Source: Tubiluchus corallicola
Taxonomy: Eukaryota; Animalia; Priapulida
Length of the DNA stretch: 64,000 nt
NCBI GenBank assembly: GCA_030141605.1
Contig: JAQGDQ010000495.1
Span: 1-64,000, forward strand
Reading direction: 5' to 3'
The stretch's first letter is position 1. Each line of letters begins with the position of its first letter. The notes below the pieces were generated by a model. That model did no database searches and had not been told where the DNA came from. It saw only the letters and a program-made list of their open reading frames with translations. Below, piece by piece: positions 23,941 through 38,200 of this stretch. The position numbers were made by a program, and so were the translations under genes.

Positions 23941-25010
23941 CTGGCATACATGGTTCTGTTGGTTCTGTACTATTATTATCTGTAACGTTCGATGTAGTTT
24001 CACTAGTTGTTTCTAGCCCAACAGATGAGGTAGTTGTTTCTAGCCCAGCAGATGAGGTAGATGTTTCACCATTAGTAGTTGATGCGTTGTTTTCATATGT
24101 GACTTCGCTACTGACGGTGAAGTTTTCAGCAGGAGCAGATTCTGTTGAACTAGATCCAGAGCCAGAATCGTTAAAACGGGAAAGTTCTTTCCTGTTAAGC
24201 TCATCATGGGGTTTGACGATTTCGTTGTCGATACTTTTATCTGAAAAGGTGGTAAGATTGATAATTTTGCCATTTTGTAACTTTATCCAAAGTAAAAATG
24301 TTCAAAAAACCTTCTGTATTTTTGGAGCACATATACCGCCTTCTGTCGATTAGGAAACTATTGTCCTTTCACGAAAAAATGTTTCATGGCCTTTGAGGAG
24401 CTGCATATGCATTATCATCCTTTTACGGCCCCGTGCAACGTTTGTGGTGTGTTAGTTATACGCAACCTCTACGCAGACTAAAGCAGAAAATGTTCGTGGT
24501 AGTTTAGATAATAGATTTGCTGCGTAATTTAGCTGCATTAACTGCAAGTGTTGTTGCAGAAATGTATTTGTGCATGTCTTAAAAAGGCACTGGTTAATGG
24601 CTCTTGGCGGCTTTGGTGCGGTGCTCGCGTCAAGTGGTTTAATTTCGCCATACTGATTTACCTCTTACGGTTCAGTGGCTCATCCTGTAGGAATATTCTT
24701 CATAATGAGGCAGGCTTTGGTCACGCCATAAACATCGCGTTAAGTAGGTCTGCTATATGGAATGCTGAGCCTAGATTTACAGGACGCCTCAAGTGTGTAC
24801 AAATATGAAAAAGTCAAAACTGGGATGATGCAATTTTTTTTGTTAAAAACTATTACGGTTATATTTGGTAGGAAAACGTGTTGCACATTCACATTCGCTT
24901 TACTTATTGCTGTATATATACTGTCACGTACCTCTTCCGAGAGGTGACGCTAAAATTGCACAAATAAAGAGACTCCAGCCGAGAAAAAAGCATAAACAAA
25001 AATCACCCAT
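23941..25010 (-). CDS. Secreted Ser/Thr-rich (mucin-like) protein, first two coding exons; 3' end unresolved
   Basis: Exon 25010-24932 encodes signal peptide MGDFCLCFFLGWSLFICAILA|SPLGR and ends phase 1 at AG|gtacgt. Exon 24240-23941 (acceptor ccttttcag) continues in frame as DKSIDNEIVKPHDELNRKELSRFNDSGSGSSSTESAPAENFTVSSEVTYENNASTTNGETSTSSAGLETTTSSVGLETTSETTSNVTDNNSTEPTEPCMP and ends at CAG|gcaagt. Confidence 0.75.
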
Positions 25011-25465
25011 TCCTAATGTTGAGTTTCAACAACAAATGTTTTTAACAGCATGAATACACAACCAAACTTGAAATTGCATACACACAGACAGCCACCAGTT
25101 CCTCTTGTTTGTTTTTTCTGCACTGAGTGTTGCAGTTTGCGCAGCTTATCTGATGAGTTAAGTTAACAAGGAAGAGGCCTACAGGTAATCAGTAACGTGA
25201 TTACATATGCATTACGGCAAAGTACACACCCATAAGCGTAAGCGGTAACAGTCAAGCATAGTTTGATTAAACAATCTTAATCTATGGTACATGTATATTT
25301 GAACTTTTTTTCTAAAAGAGTAAAGTTTCTTCTAGCATATATATATAAACTTGGCCTCAATTGATAGTTCTTGTTAATAAACCCAATAAAACATTGAAAT
25401 GCCCACGAACACCTCAAATTTCTTTTATTGTCTAAGGTCTTACAAATGCACGATTTCAGATTTCA

Positions 25466-25810
<345 letters not shown>

Positions 25811-26308
25811 AGGGTACGACGGAAGAGTATGTGCTAGTCTGGGAGACATGCAAAAGTTCTTCATGCAGCAAAACCAAAAACTCGGTAGAGGTCCTTGGTA
25901 TATTACCGCATCTACCTGTCACATTCGCAACATCTGCACTTTCTTGAAGCCCAATCAAAGTTAAGCAACGCCAAGATTGTTTAGTGAAAATGCGAGTGAC
26001 CATAGAGGTTCAAAATTCGGAATGGGCGGTTTGGTTTATCATCCAAATGTCACTAACAATCTCTGCCGAATCAAGATCTCACTGTGGGAAAACTTAGCTC
26101 GATAATGAGATAAGTTCTACTCCTGCCACATGCGTGTACGCTGAAATTTCTAGGATTTTCTGTCGTCGCTGCAGATTCCTAACGCGTAACGATGCGTCGG
26201 TTACAATAATGAAGCCGCAGGTAAAACTTTACCGGATCGATTGTTTGAATTTAAAACGTTGTTTTTCCAACGGCAGTTGTTGGCCTGTGTACGTCCTCTT
26301 TATGTGCT

Positions 26309-26490
26309 CAAACAAACAAACAAACAAACAAACAAGCATGCATGCATGCATACATACATACATACATACATACATACATACATACATACATACATACATA
26401 CATACATACATACATACATACATACATACATACATACATACATACATACATACATACATACATGCATACATACAGACGAACAAACAAACA
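26309..26490. repeat. Compound (AAAC)n-(GCAT)n-(ACAT)n microsatellite
   Basis: Visible tetranucleotide runs; source of the HTYI/MYVC ORFs. Confidence 0.98.
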
Positions 26491-29298
26491 TAAATACATC
26501 AGCTTTCGGATCCATAATATACAAATGTGTAATCATGAAGACGTCTTCGTGTTTTTAAACATAATCCACTTCCCTTTAATCGCTTTTTTAATTTAAACTT
26601 TTTGTTCATTTTACCTGTCGTCTGAAGCCTTTATTCATCAGTTTTTTTATTTTCTACTATGTTATTCTGTGAAATAGGTTAAGTTAAAATAAATTAAGCA
26701 ATTATACATTTTTAATGTCCATGACGTACTCGTTGTTTTTGTAGCTGTAACTGTTTCACTGCGGGCATGATTAACGAGTATTTCATCTTAATGTCCTAAG
26801 TGAACAGGCAAATTACCCATTAAATTAAATTTATGGTGCCCCGTGCGGTATTTAAACACATCATAAAAAATGTGATAGTCGAATAAAAAAACGCAGCACC
26901 ACATGTCGACTTCCACGAAATACAGACTTAAAGAAAATTTATTTGCTAAAAACCTAAAAAACTTTAAGGAAATAAACCTTTGAGCGCTATCTATTTGTTT
27001 GACTGATGAGGCACTGAGTCAAAAGCTATAAAAAGTGTCGAAAATTTACGTTGGGCGCTACACAGTCACAACAGCTAAATTGAAATTGCCGTTAACACAC
27101 TGCACAGTGCACGTTTGCTATTTGCAAATTATAATTATGTAACTTTTGTTTTATAATAATAACTTAAAAATAATAATATAATAATAGTTAAATGTACCAC
27201 ATTATAGAAAATTATATAATAATAATATAAAAATAGTTAAATGTAAGACAGATGCTCTGTCGTACAGTTAAGTTACATGAAAATAAAAGTACGATTATAT
27301 TTGCACGTTTCTTGCATTTGGAGTGAGTTGAAAACGCTTATAATTAAGAATAATAACTTGGTCATTATCTTAGTTACACGCAGAAAGAAAAAATCTGGTT
27401 TACGCGAAAAAGTGCCAAGAGAAAAAATAATCAGCACTGGTTTACATGTAATGCAAAATTTACTTGTATAGCGCACAACAATAAAATACATTTAAAATAC
27501 ATTAGTAAATTAAAATTTAAAATACTGTACATTCAAAAAAATGAAAAAATAATAATTCACCGTCAATAGTACAATCTAAATAAATGTGTTGTAATGTGCA
27601 GTTTAAACGAATCTAATTAATTTGCTGAGCGTATAAGCTGCTACGTACAGCGACAGGTAAGTTATTCCAGAGAGGCTGAACATTAACAGAGAATAATATG
27701 CACATAGTATTCATAATTTACTATGACATTACACTAGTACAGTCTAATAGTAAAGTTTTAATAAAACGAAACAAATTTTTAACGCTTGTTAGGTCGTGGC
27801 ACCGAGGGGATGCTTCAGAGCTTGACACGTTTATAAACGCTAACAGGTACTATGACTTGACCTCTGAAGTATTACCTTTCCTTAATTAGAAGCAAAAATA
27901 TAGAAACTGGAACAGTCAGTAGCCATTTTGGACGCCATCTTGAATTTACAATTTAAAAAATGACACCATATTTTTGCAGTCTACGCATTGTAAGTTAAAA
28001 TGGTGAATACAGTAGTATCAAAAATTGACAGGAATTTTCCACGACATCACACAAGTCCCCGCACTAACTTGCAATTGTTTGCATTGTTTCTTCTTTAAGG
28101 TACAAGTCTTATCCCTATCAGTAATTAGAGACAGTTGCCATAGCCTAACTGTCACATCTGTTGCCAACACAGTAATACTTATTCAACAACTATGACTAAA
28201 TTGTTACACAAGACAAATAGACCACATCAGTTGGAATATGTATGAGCTGAAATGCTGGTGCCATGATCATGAATCATATAAGCTGCTATAAGTTATAGAT
28301 GTAGTGCAGTGAAGTAGTTGCATGGAAATATTTTGCTGAATTTGATTGTTAAAAATATCTATGCATCTATGTATACTACATGTTTTGTACTTGTGTAACT
28401 GAAAGTCTTACTTTACGCATTTTTGGGATTGTAAAACATTTGGTTAGTTTTAAGTTTTTGGCAAACACATTTAATTCAAGTTTCAAGTTCACTGCAGTTT
28501 GATTATAACTTTTTGTTTCCATTGGTGCTGCTAGTAATATAATGGTGATTTTGTAATGTGCCAGCGCCAGCATTTATGATAATTTTCAGCTTTTAATATC
28601 TAGGTAAATACCAGCATGGTTTAGCCTGCAGCTTTGCAGATTTCCAGTATATTATCATTATGTTTCACAGCGAATATCTGTAACATGCTTAGTGGCTTCG
28701 CAAGGATATATAGAACTGCATTCAAATTCTGGTTTTGATATTTTTAAAATGTACATTTTGGCTTCTCAGTAGAGCTTGCAATATGACCTATATAATGTGG
28801 CCTATACTAAGATAAAACAAGCTTTGAGATGCATTAGCTTAACTGTAGGCCTATGTATTACCTGGTGACGCTGTGTGATTAAGAACAGCTTTTGAGTTTT
28901 ATCACCGCGTGATTAAGAAGAAAGCCGATATACAAGTACAAACATCGCGCTTTGTACGAAGTTTTGTTTAGGTAATTGACACTAAGCACTTTGTGTTGTT
29001 TCCAAGTGCAAACAATGTGCTTTCCAAAATGCGATGACTTTGGAAAACGGACACGCTTTCATGCAACGTGCAATCTGTGACTATGCAGAGTTTATTTCCT
29101 GTGAAACTGATGTGCAACTGGACAAAAAGAATCAAAAATAGCAGTTTATTTATCCAAAACTTTGGAAGAGAGCTAGTACTTTCCTTGTTAAGTGTTTTTG
29201 TCAATGGCATAAAAGAAAACCAAATTATGTTGCAAATTATGTTGTATTTATCAGATACGGTAACTCTAGTCTAGGCAGATGTTTCAAGTACCAACGCA

Positions 29299-32200
29299 AT
29301 GAGCCAAGACTTCAAAGAAGAAGATTACTGGGACCTCATAAGTCTAGATGATTCCCCTAAGACTGACAGCCCGGAACCCGGTCAGGAATCTAATACGTCT
29401 TTCTATACTTCACTTCCGCCTTTTTACGGTTGGACCGGAAACGACATTGCCAGTAGGCCTACTGTTTTGCTTGGTAAGATGTCAAACGTGTCGCCAACGT
29501 TTATAACGGAATGTGGCCGCGCTAGATTAGAAGAGGATCCGAGGGAAAGTTCCTCGGAGTCTCCTACTAATGAAGCCAACTGTATGGAGAATTTGTTGTT
29601 TGAGTTGTATTATAACCGATATAGAGTACCTAGCAGTAGCATTGATAGTGATGCATACACTAGCGTTTCGTCTACATCAGATGCACCACACAGATTGTCA
29701 GAATTTGAGAAATCACTAAACCCAAGATATACGGGTGCGTGTCTACAAAATAAAAGTAAGTAACTAACACTACAAATAAATGGTGTTCCAGATACATTCA
29801 ATATACAATGTGCAGTATACAATTGTTATATGTTATGTGGTTTAAGTTGTGTAGTACACAGTTTGTTGTGTGTAGCACAACTACTATGTCATTGGTCATA
29901 CGTAACTTAAGTTTGCTTCACATTGATAAGGTAATGGTAATTAGCAAATACATGAATTAATTATTGTTTGTTTATGAGTAGTTGTGAGTGAAATAATTTA
30001 AAAAATTCGAAATACTGGTATTCGAATTCGGGTCTTGTACATTCTAGGCAGTTGTTTTGAAGCAAAAAAGAAAAAAGAAGCCGCAAATTTGATACTAAAT
30101 TCTACTCCAAATAAAAATTAACAAGTTTTTCTTAATTAGGACTGCCTAAGATAAGTTAAGATGAGTATTTATTTTAAGCTAATTATTACAAAAAACATAC
30201 AACGTAACGCTGCAAAAACCCATGTCAGTGATGAAATGTCACCGACGAAAATATAAAACTATTCAGCCGCATTTTAAAGCTAATCAAATAAAACTCTTTT
30301 ATTTGTAAAATCTTTATGTTGTTTAAACTAGGTAAGTTGCATAAATACCTAAATTAAAATGTCGTTTAAAATTCAAAAACATAAAATTCTATGTAGAATG
30401 ATTTACTGAAGTTGTTACCCAGACCCCATCATAATGTTACACTTCACATCGGTAGACTTAAGTGACACTTAATGACAATGTTTGCAAAATTAGATATGCT
30501 AAAAAGTATCGGAAGATACTTATTTTTTGTAATCGCCATCCAGACATTGTGTATGGTATTACATTCGCATGGCATTATATAAAAACAATGTAAATTGTCA
30601 ACAGACAATGTGTATTAGCATTTACTTTATTAGCAGGACGTTTATTCATAGCAATTTACCTTTGCGGACATGTCAATATAAAAAAACAATGTAAAATTGT
30701 CAACAGACAATGTGTATTAGCATTCACTTTATTAGCTGGACGTTTATTCATTGCAATTTACCTTTGTGGACATGTCATTATTAAAAAACAATGTAAATTG
30801 TCAACAACAGATAATGTGTATTATAATTTACTTTGATTGTAGGAAGTTTATTCGTTGTAATTTAAGTTTGTGGATTTTGCGAATACGCTTTCGTGTGAGT
30901 GGCGTGTGGCCCCCTGCATGACTCGTGTGTTACACACATCCAAACCTGAGATACTTTTGCGAGTTTAGAGGTTGATCTTAGAGAAGATCCTTAATAATGT
31001 GCCATACCCTGGTAACGCCATGAACATGTCCATGGAGCGGGCCCTGTGGTTTCCACTAAGCTAAGTTGCAACGTGTAGAAATAAGCTTAACCTCTATATT
31101 ATTTTAGGCAAAAAACGTGACTTAAAAAAGTAAAATCGTTTCGACAGTTGTACGTCTGTCTAACTGATAAATAGACCCGAAACGCAGCAAGGCGCAGTAT
31201 TGTCTTTTTCTATCACTTTCAGGTATTGACGAATTAGAAACCATATTCATCAAGCTAAAGCACCGTATTAATTCGCTGAGTACAGCCTTGGTGAGACAGC
31301 TAAAGATCAGAGACAGACATTTGATGAGACAAGCTCGACATTCAGACGTCCTCACTGCAATATTACAAGCTGCCTCCAACAAACAAAGTACGTGAGTATG
31401 AAGTAAACAGTAAACGACGCGCGTGAGTGTAAACTAAACAACTAACAACGTACGTGAGTGTACATTTTTAGCGTTAAACAATTATAGTTCAGCAGTACAA
31501 AACAGTCAACAGAGCACAAGACGTGTGTAAAAACAAACAGTAAAAGTGAGTAATTGTAATATGATATGAAGTTTCTACAATACATCATACAGCACATGCA
31601 GAAAAAGCCACACATTACACAAAGTGTCACAACACTTGCACATTATCACAGTAAAACAGTAAATATATTAAACCGTTCACATTATTTACGCATTTAGAAA
31701 ATAATAATAGTGATTGAATTTGATTATCTGTAACTAAGTACCAATTTTCGTTTTCAAGACAGGCAGTAAGTTGATTTGATGATAAATTTGTAAGTTCATA
31801 TCAATTCCGTTCATAAGAAAATAGTATAATATGCTTCAGTTGTAATTAATTAATCAGTATAGGTTACGAGAGTAAAATATATTGAAAGACAATGGTCAGG
31901 ATCACCTTACATTTGAAAAGGTTGGTGTGGGATAAAATTTTTGCATTAAAAAATCTACATTTCCAGACATTATTATTTTTGTACACATTGCTGGAATCCG
32001 TTTCTATTTTTTCGCGCTTGCGCAGAAGCGTCAAGTTGGAAATCAAGGGACAACGATTGGGCTTCACGAATGACGTAAATACGGCGTGTGCTACTGTAGC
32101 TACTAGTCAAATCGATTTTTATGAATGAGATCAAATGTTGCGCGCGCAACATCTCACTATGACACAATGACGTCAAAACGAGATCAATAATTACGTATAC

Positions 32201-35200
32201 GTCCATCTATTATGTGAAGTCCAATAGTGTTGCTGTATGTGACATTGGCATATTGCTTGGTGGCTGTTTTCTTACAAAAATTGAATTTAAATTTGCGAGT
32301 GCGGTGAAACTAGTAAACGCATCGCTGATAAAATTCTGTTTTCAGTCATTTTCAGTTTTGTGTGTCATTTTGCGTTCTATTTTCAGCCGTGTTTTTATCT
32401 CGGCTGTTCGATTGCTGTTAAACAAGCGCGTGGGATTATATCAGCTGTTCTTCATTTTCCAGCTTTGTGTAACTACTAGGTTATATAATTGCCGAATGTA
32501 TATGATCTTCAAGATTTCTTGTTCAAAATTCGAGATATATTTATGAATCTATTTAAAAGGATAAAATGTTAAGATCGTCGGCGTACTCGCGCATAACACA
32601 ATAACTATGGTACACTGATATAACCGATTTTAAAGTGAAGCAGTTACATCCCAATCATAGAGCAAAACAGCACTCATTTATTACCATAGTTAAATGTTAC
32701 TATACAACTTCATCTTCTGTTGGCTATGTCGCTTTGCCAGCTAAAGCATCAAGTGAACTCAAACTCCCAAGCACTTGCATCATATAATGACGTAAAGAGA
32801 ATTAATCGTAGGCTTTGCATGTAACTAGAACCTTCATCGTACAGTATTCGGAGTTTGCATAAATCGATATTGTTTAAGGAGCAAACCAGTTTAACTGCAG
32901 GTTAATAGCTACGAGATTTGTTATGGAAGCTTTAGTGGCAAGCTTTCGAAATGGCTTCGAGGGTTTCATTGGTCTCGGTTCAAAATCCGGTAAGCATAGT
33001 TAGCACATTGACGTCGATTTCAATTATTGTAAACGTGTAAAACTAGTAAAATTTAATACTTACTGTTAAAATTATGTTGCGGCGGGTGGGACCCGTTACG
33101 TCATTATTAATAATGTCTGTGAAAATTCTGACGTCCTGACCATGACCCCTACAACAGCCTACTTTATCTGCTAACGAAATCGCTCTCCCTCTCCCTCTCC
33201 CTCTGTCTCTCATTTTGAAATCAATACTAAACGTGGTTTATCGATCAATTTGCTTTTGGTCCTGATCATGCTGCGTGGCGTAATGTGCATTACTCATGAA
33301 CTACAGCAACTATTGTGCATACAATTATAAACACTTCACGGACATTTTAAACTATACAAATACAGAACACAGTACACAACATTAATGTAAACCTCGCACA
33401 CAGTGCATAATAAAAGCTATTTTGCATAAGCAAATTTGCATCACACTGGACATCTACAGTAACTGCACTTTTACATCACAGAATAAGCTTTCCATTATCT
33501 GCAGAATAATCAAAAAGGTTAATTTCCTATTTTAGGAGAAGACACTAGAATCCGTTTTACAGTGGAACCATCTGGAGGAGAATGTGGATTTCAGCAGTGG
33601 AGACATGCATTAAAAGCAGTAGCCCGCTTGCCAACAGGCATCCCACATGAGTTTAGGAGAAAGGTAGGCCAATATACTGAGCTTGTAGTACGTATAGAAC
33701 ACTGCAAATTAGCAATATTAATTTGGATTTGATCACCAGGTGTCGCGTGGAACTTTGATGTTGCGTATGGATTTCATTTTCCACATTAATCTAAGTTAGG
33801 ACAGGCATCACGAATAAAAATTATCAAAATAGCACATATTAAGACAAACATTGATATTTCCTGAATGGCAGTGCATGAGCAAATGAACAAATGATGATTG
33901 AAAAATTAAACATAAACCTTGATACGTTTTATTCTGCAATTTCCATTCAACTTTAGCAGCTACTTTTAAAATGTCAAAAATTTAATGACACATCAGTATT
34001 CAAGAATCACAGGTTATATCCACTGTGCAAATCAACAATGACTAAAAAAGCAATGGATATCAAATCCAAATGATATTTTAGGTTAGAGCTATATTATGAT
34101 ATGTTAAACTTAAGCTATATTTAGTGTTTTTTGTCACTATAACATAATAAATAATAATATTGTTAAATCAATCATTCATTTATCAACCTAACTGTAAATA
34201 TGTATAAAATTATATGTTCATTTCCTCAATTTTTGTGTAGAAACTACTAATTTAGGAAATCAAGCCGGTTAAATTAATTTATTGTCTGCACCTCATTACT
34301 CACTAGTGCTGCCTGTGATCATTAGCTATTTTAACACCTTAAAATTAGGGCTGACCTTTTGGACTTCTCGTTATCCTCTCTCCTTTTCACTCATTACTAG
34401 CAATTAGGCCCTATTTACCTGTAAACTATTCAACTATTGCACCATTGCAGATTGGAAGTGCTTACAGTACATTTGAAAATTGGAGAAAGAATAAATTTCA
34501 ATTCTTCGATGTGCTTGACCTTGCCTCATTTGACATGTAACTTTGAGGAAACTTGAATGAGCTGTTAATAAATGGCCAACAATTAACAGCAGTAACTATT
34601 TAAACATAACAGATTACGCGATTTTATTCGCTCAAGTACACTATAAGAAGCAGTCATCATTATATTCATAGATACAATGAAGTATATAAACTCGTAAAAG
34701 TAAAATTATCAAAAAAGTGAAATTGTCATGTATCCATTTGAGCATTGGCACAATTTAGAGGTTTATAACCAATGCAAATTACAGCAACTATAAAACAGAG
34801 TGCGGAGAGTTTACAAAAGTACTGTCAAGGGCAAAAGTAAAATGACTGCCTTTAATAAATTGAAAAAACTTTCAGTGCCCTCCAAGATAAGAAAAAAATA
34901 TTGTTACTATAGAAGGTTGATAACCTCCTCAAGTTTTTCAGAAAGAGGGATTGTTCCCATGACACTGCGTTACTTCTTTGCAGAGCAATAAATAAATCAA
35001 AATGACAAAGGACAAAGACAGTTATAGTCGCTGGGACAACGAACAACATTAGCTACTCTTAACATAAGTGACTCTTAACGAATACAAAAACACTGAGACG
35101 ACACGAATAAATAGCACGGATAACAATGTTGGAAGATTTTGTTGATCCAATCTGCTATGTATTACGTGGGATATGCTTGCTTAATGCACTTGTGTATTTG

Positions 35201-38200
35201 TTCCCTTCGCTTTCCGGTACCAAGAGGCAGTGGAATGTTGCCATTTGTCTGTAGATTTTCAAGCAAAGTGAAACAAAGAATTCACAATTGATTCCACGTC
35301 ACATCGCTAACAGTAAAGTGGTAATCTTTAATTACCATATGTAATCATCTTAAAATAGTGCCTTCTTTAATTAATGTCAATTTAAATGTTTTGATATGAT
35401 AGATATGGATGAGACTGGCGGAGAAGCACATTTGCGAGTTGAATTTGGACTGGAAGAAGTTGCAAAAGTTTTGCTTTAATGAAAAGAGCAATCCCGATGA
35501 CAACAAACTTGGCAGGCAGATTGTAAAGGTAAAACTAGTAATTATGCATTCTGGCCAATGGCTTATTCATCGTTTCATGCAGTAATTGTCCGTGCCAGCT
35601 AAGTAAATACTTGTAGGTAAATGGAAAGTTCTACCGAGATTCCAAAAAGTAGTTTTTATCTAAAATTGAAATTGTTTTATGAGATTTGAGTTTGATGATG
35701 TGTAAGCATTATTTTTATGAAACATCGACATTCAGTTATACAGCTATTTTACAGGATCTGCATCGGACGGGATGGAATGGCTTCAGTGGACAGGAAGCGG
35801 AGAATGACAGGGCAACATTGAAGCGAGTACTGTTGGCATACGCGAGGTATAACAAAACTGTAGGATACTGTCAAGGGTTCAACGTGCTTGCTGCACTCAT
35901 ACTAGACGTCGTTGACAGGAAAGAAGAAGATGCTCTGAAGGTAATCCAGAACTGAGGTTATTCATCCTTGTTACTGCAGATAAAACATGCTGTGTGAAGG
36001 GGAACGGCCTAAATGCCTAAAGTCGTGGTCGTTGGTTGGTTGTGTACTCTTGGAGAAATACTCTAGTACTTGTGTAAAATTCATGCTACATCATGTTACA
36101 AAGTTTACTAAGTAGGATGTCATGATGATCTCAGTTCTTAAAAGTAATAAGGCATTCCACTACACTAATATGGCCTGATGGTGAATTACACTTTAAATCC
36201 AATTTTTGCGTTTATTGGCCTCGTGGATACTACATATTAAGCATGTACGATGACTTCTGACATTGCAATTTGGGAAAATCCGGTGCATAACAAATTAAGA
36301 GACTCTTCCTAAGTTTTTTATACAATATTTTTTAATAGTAAGCACATAGAAATGTATGCAAAATTGGTATTTATTCGTATTACATTACAGATGATGATAT
36401 TTATTATTGGTTATGTACTTCCGGAGAGTTATTTCTCCAACAACTTGCGTGCCTTAGCTGTAGACATGGCCGTCTTCAGAGATCTTCTGCAACTTAAACA
36501 GCCTAAACTCTCACATCATCTGGACAAACTACAAGACGCTGCTAAAGACTGTAATGGTAAGGACCTAAAATAATGTCTACTAATATCTACAAACATTCTT
36601 TAGATAGAATTTCCATAACGAATAACTATTACGATGACAATTAATAGACACTAATTGATCCTCATACTTCGAAAAGCCTGTATCAAGGGTACAGTGTACA
36701 TTAATAAATAAAATATTTTAATATGTTAGCAGGCTTTACTAAGAAACACATTGTTTTGCATGTTGTAAAAATGACATTTTTATGCAAAATATCATTGTTG
36801 GTATAGTTATAGTTGGCAAACACAGCCCTCTTGGTTGCTATGGCTTGTTGATATTATAAAAATTCCTATGCATATCTAACCTACTCATTCTCCATTATTA
36901 ATATCATCTTTTTTCACCACATCTTTCACATTCATTATCTTTCAGCTTTTCTTCCCCTTATCTTGCACCTTCTGCACTCCCATTATTCCATATTGCCTGC
37001 TCGGCTCAGATGTCACACGTTCACCTTCTGATCTGATATGTGTTTGTGATCTGATATATAATAAAATAATATTTATTTGTACTGCTCATGGTAGCCGCAT
37101 CCTAACCTCAGCAGTCAAGCTGTCTGATGTACTACAGACCCATGTGACCCGTATGCCGGACTTAATAAAGAAGTACTATAAAATTCACGTTTAAACGATA
37201 ATTTCAGGAGCAAATTATGAACCCCCGCTGACCAACGTGTTTACCATGCAGTGGTTTCTTACTCTGTTTGCAACGTGTCTGCCTCGAGCCACAGTGCTCC
37301 GTGTTTGGGATTCTATATTCCTGGAGGGATCGGAAATGGTGCTGAGGACAGCATTAGCCATATGGGGAAAACTGGCACCTAGGTAACTTCTTAGACACAT
37401 AATTGTTTTAGGGGGAGGGAGAGAAGATGCTTTCTCTGAGGTAGTTTTCAAGAGGGATGCTGGAATGGCTTAAATGAGAAATTCACTTTAACTCATACTA
37501 TTTGTCTTATATTCACTAAGAAGTTAGTTCCTGAACTCGCCTTTCAAATTCGCAGAATTTGCAGTGCAGACTGCATTCTCAGATTTGTTATTATGTAAAC
37601 TTTGCACAATAAAACGATTTTAATTACTGTTTCAATTTGTGGTATCCAAAAATAAAATTTTCGTTAATTTTACTTTTTTATTTAAAAACTTTGGTTTAAT
37701 CATTTCCAAACGTTTTCCTGCCATAAAAAAATTATCTTGTTTGTGGAAACGTTTTTTTAGATATTCAACTAAGCCAACCCAGAGCTATTAAGGTAAGCCA
37801 TATGAAATAATCAGTTCATTCATATGCTAATGTTTTTTTAGGATAATGGGTGTGGATAGTGCTGACCAATTCTACAGTACTATGGGTCTTTTAATGCAAG
37901 AAATGTTAGAACTGCATCTGATAGATTCCACAGAACTGATGAAAGAGATATACTCCATGGCACCCATACCATTCCCGGAGGTAAATGTATGACTGTTATG
38001 TGAAATGTATGACAAACAATTTATTGCAAACATAATGCAAGGATGAAATGAGTGGCAAAAAATGAAAAGGGGTATTGCAATGGTATTTAAAAGGTACTCA
38101 AAGAGAGACTAAATTCTAGAACATAAGCATAGCAGGTTGTTTTATATTAGTACACTATAGCTGTAGTTTTTCTGTAATATTTAATAGATAGAAACACCAA

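Noticed and set aside
23937-24353. 138-aa + strand ORF
   Set aside because: Antisense shadow of the minus-strand Ser/Thr-rich exon.
26134-26596. Overlapping HTYI/MYVC ORFs (also poly-I/N at 25643-25864 and YI at 19370)
   Set aside because: Microsatellite translations.
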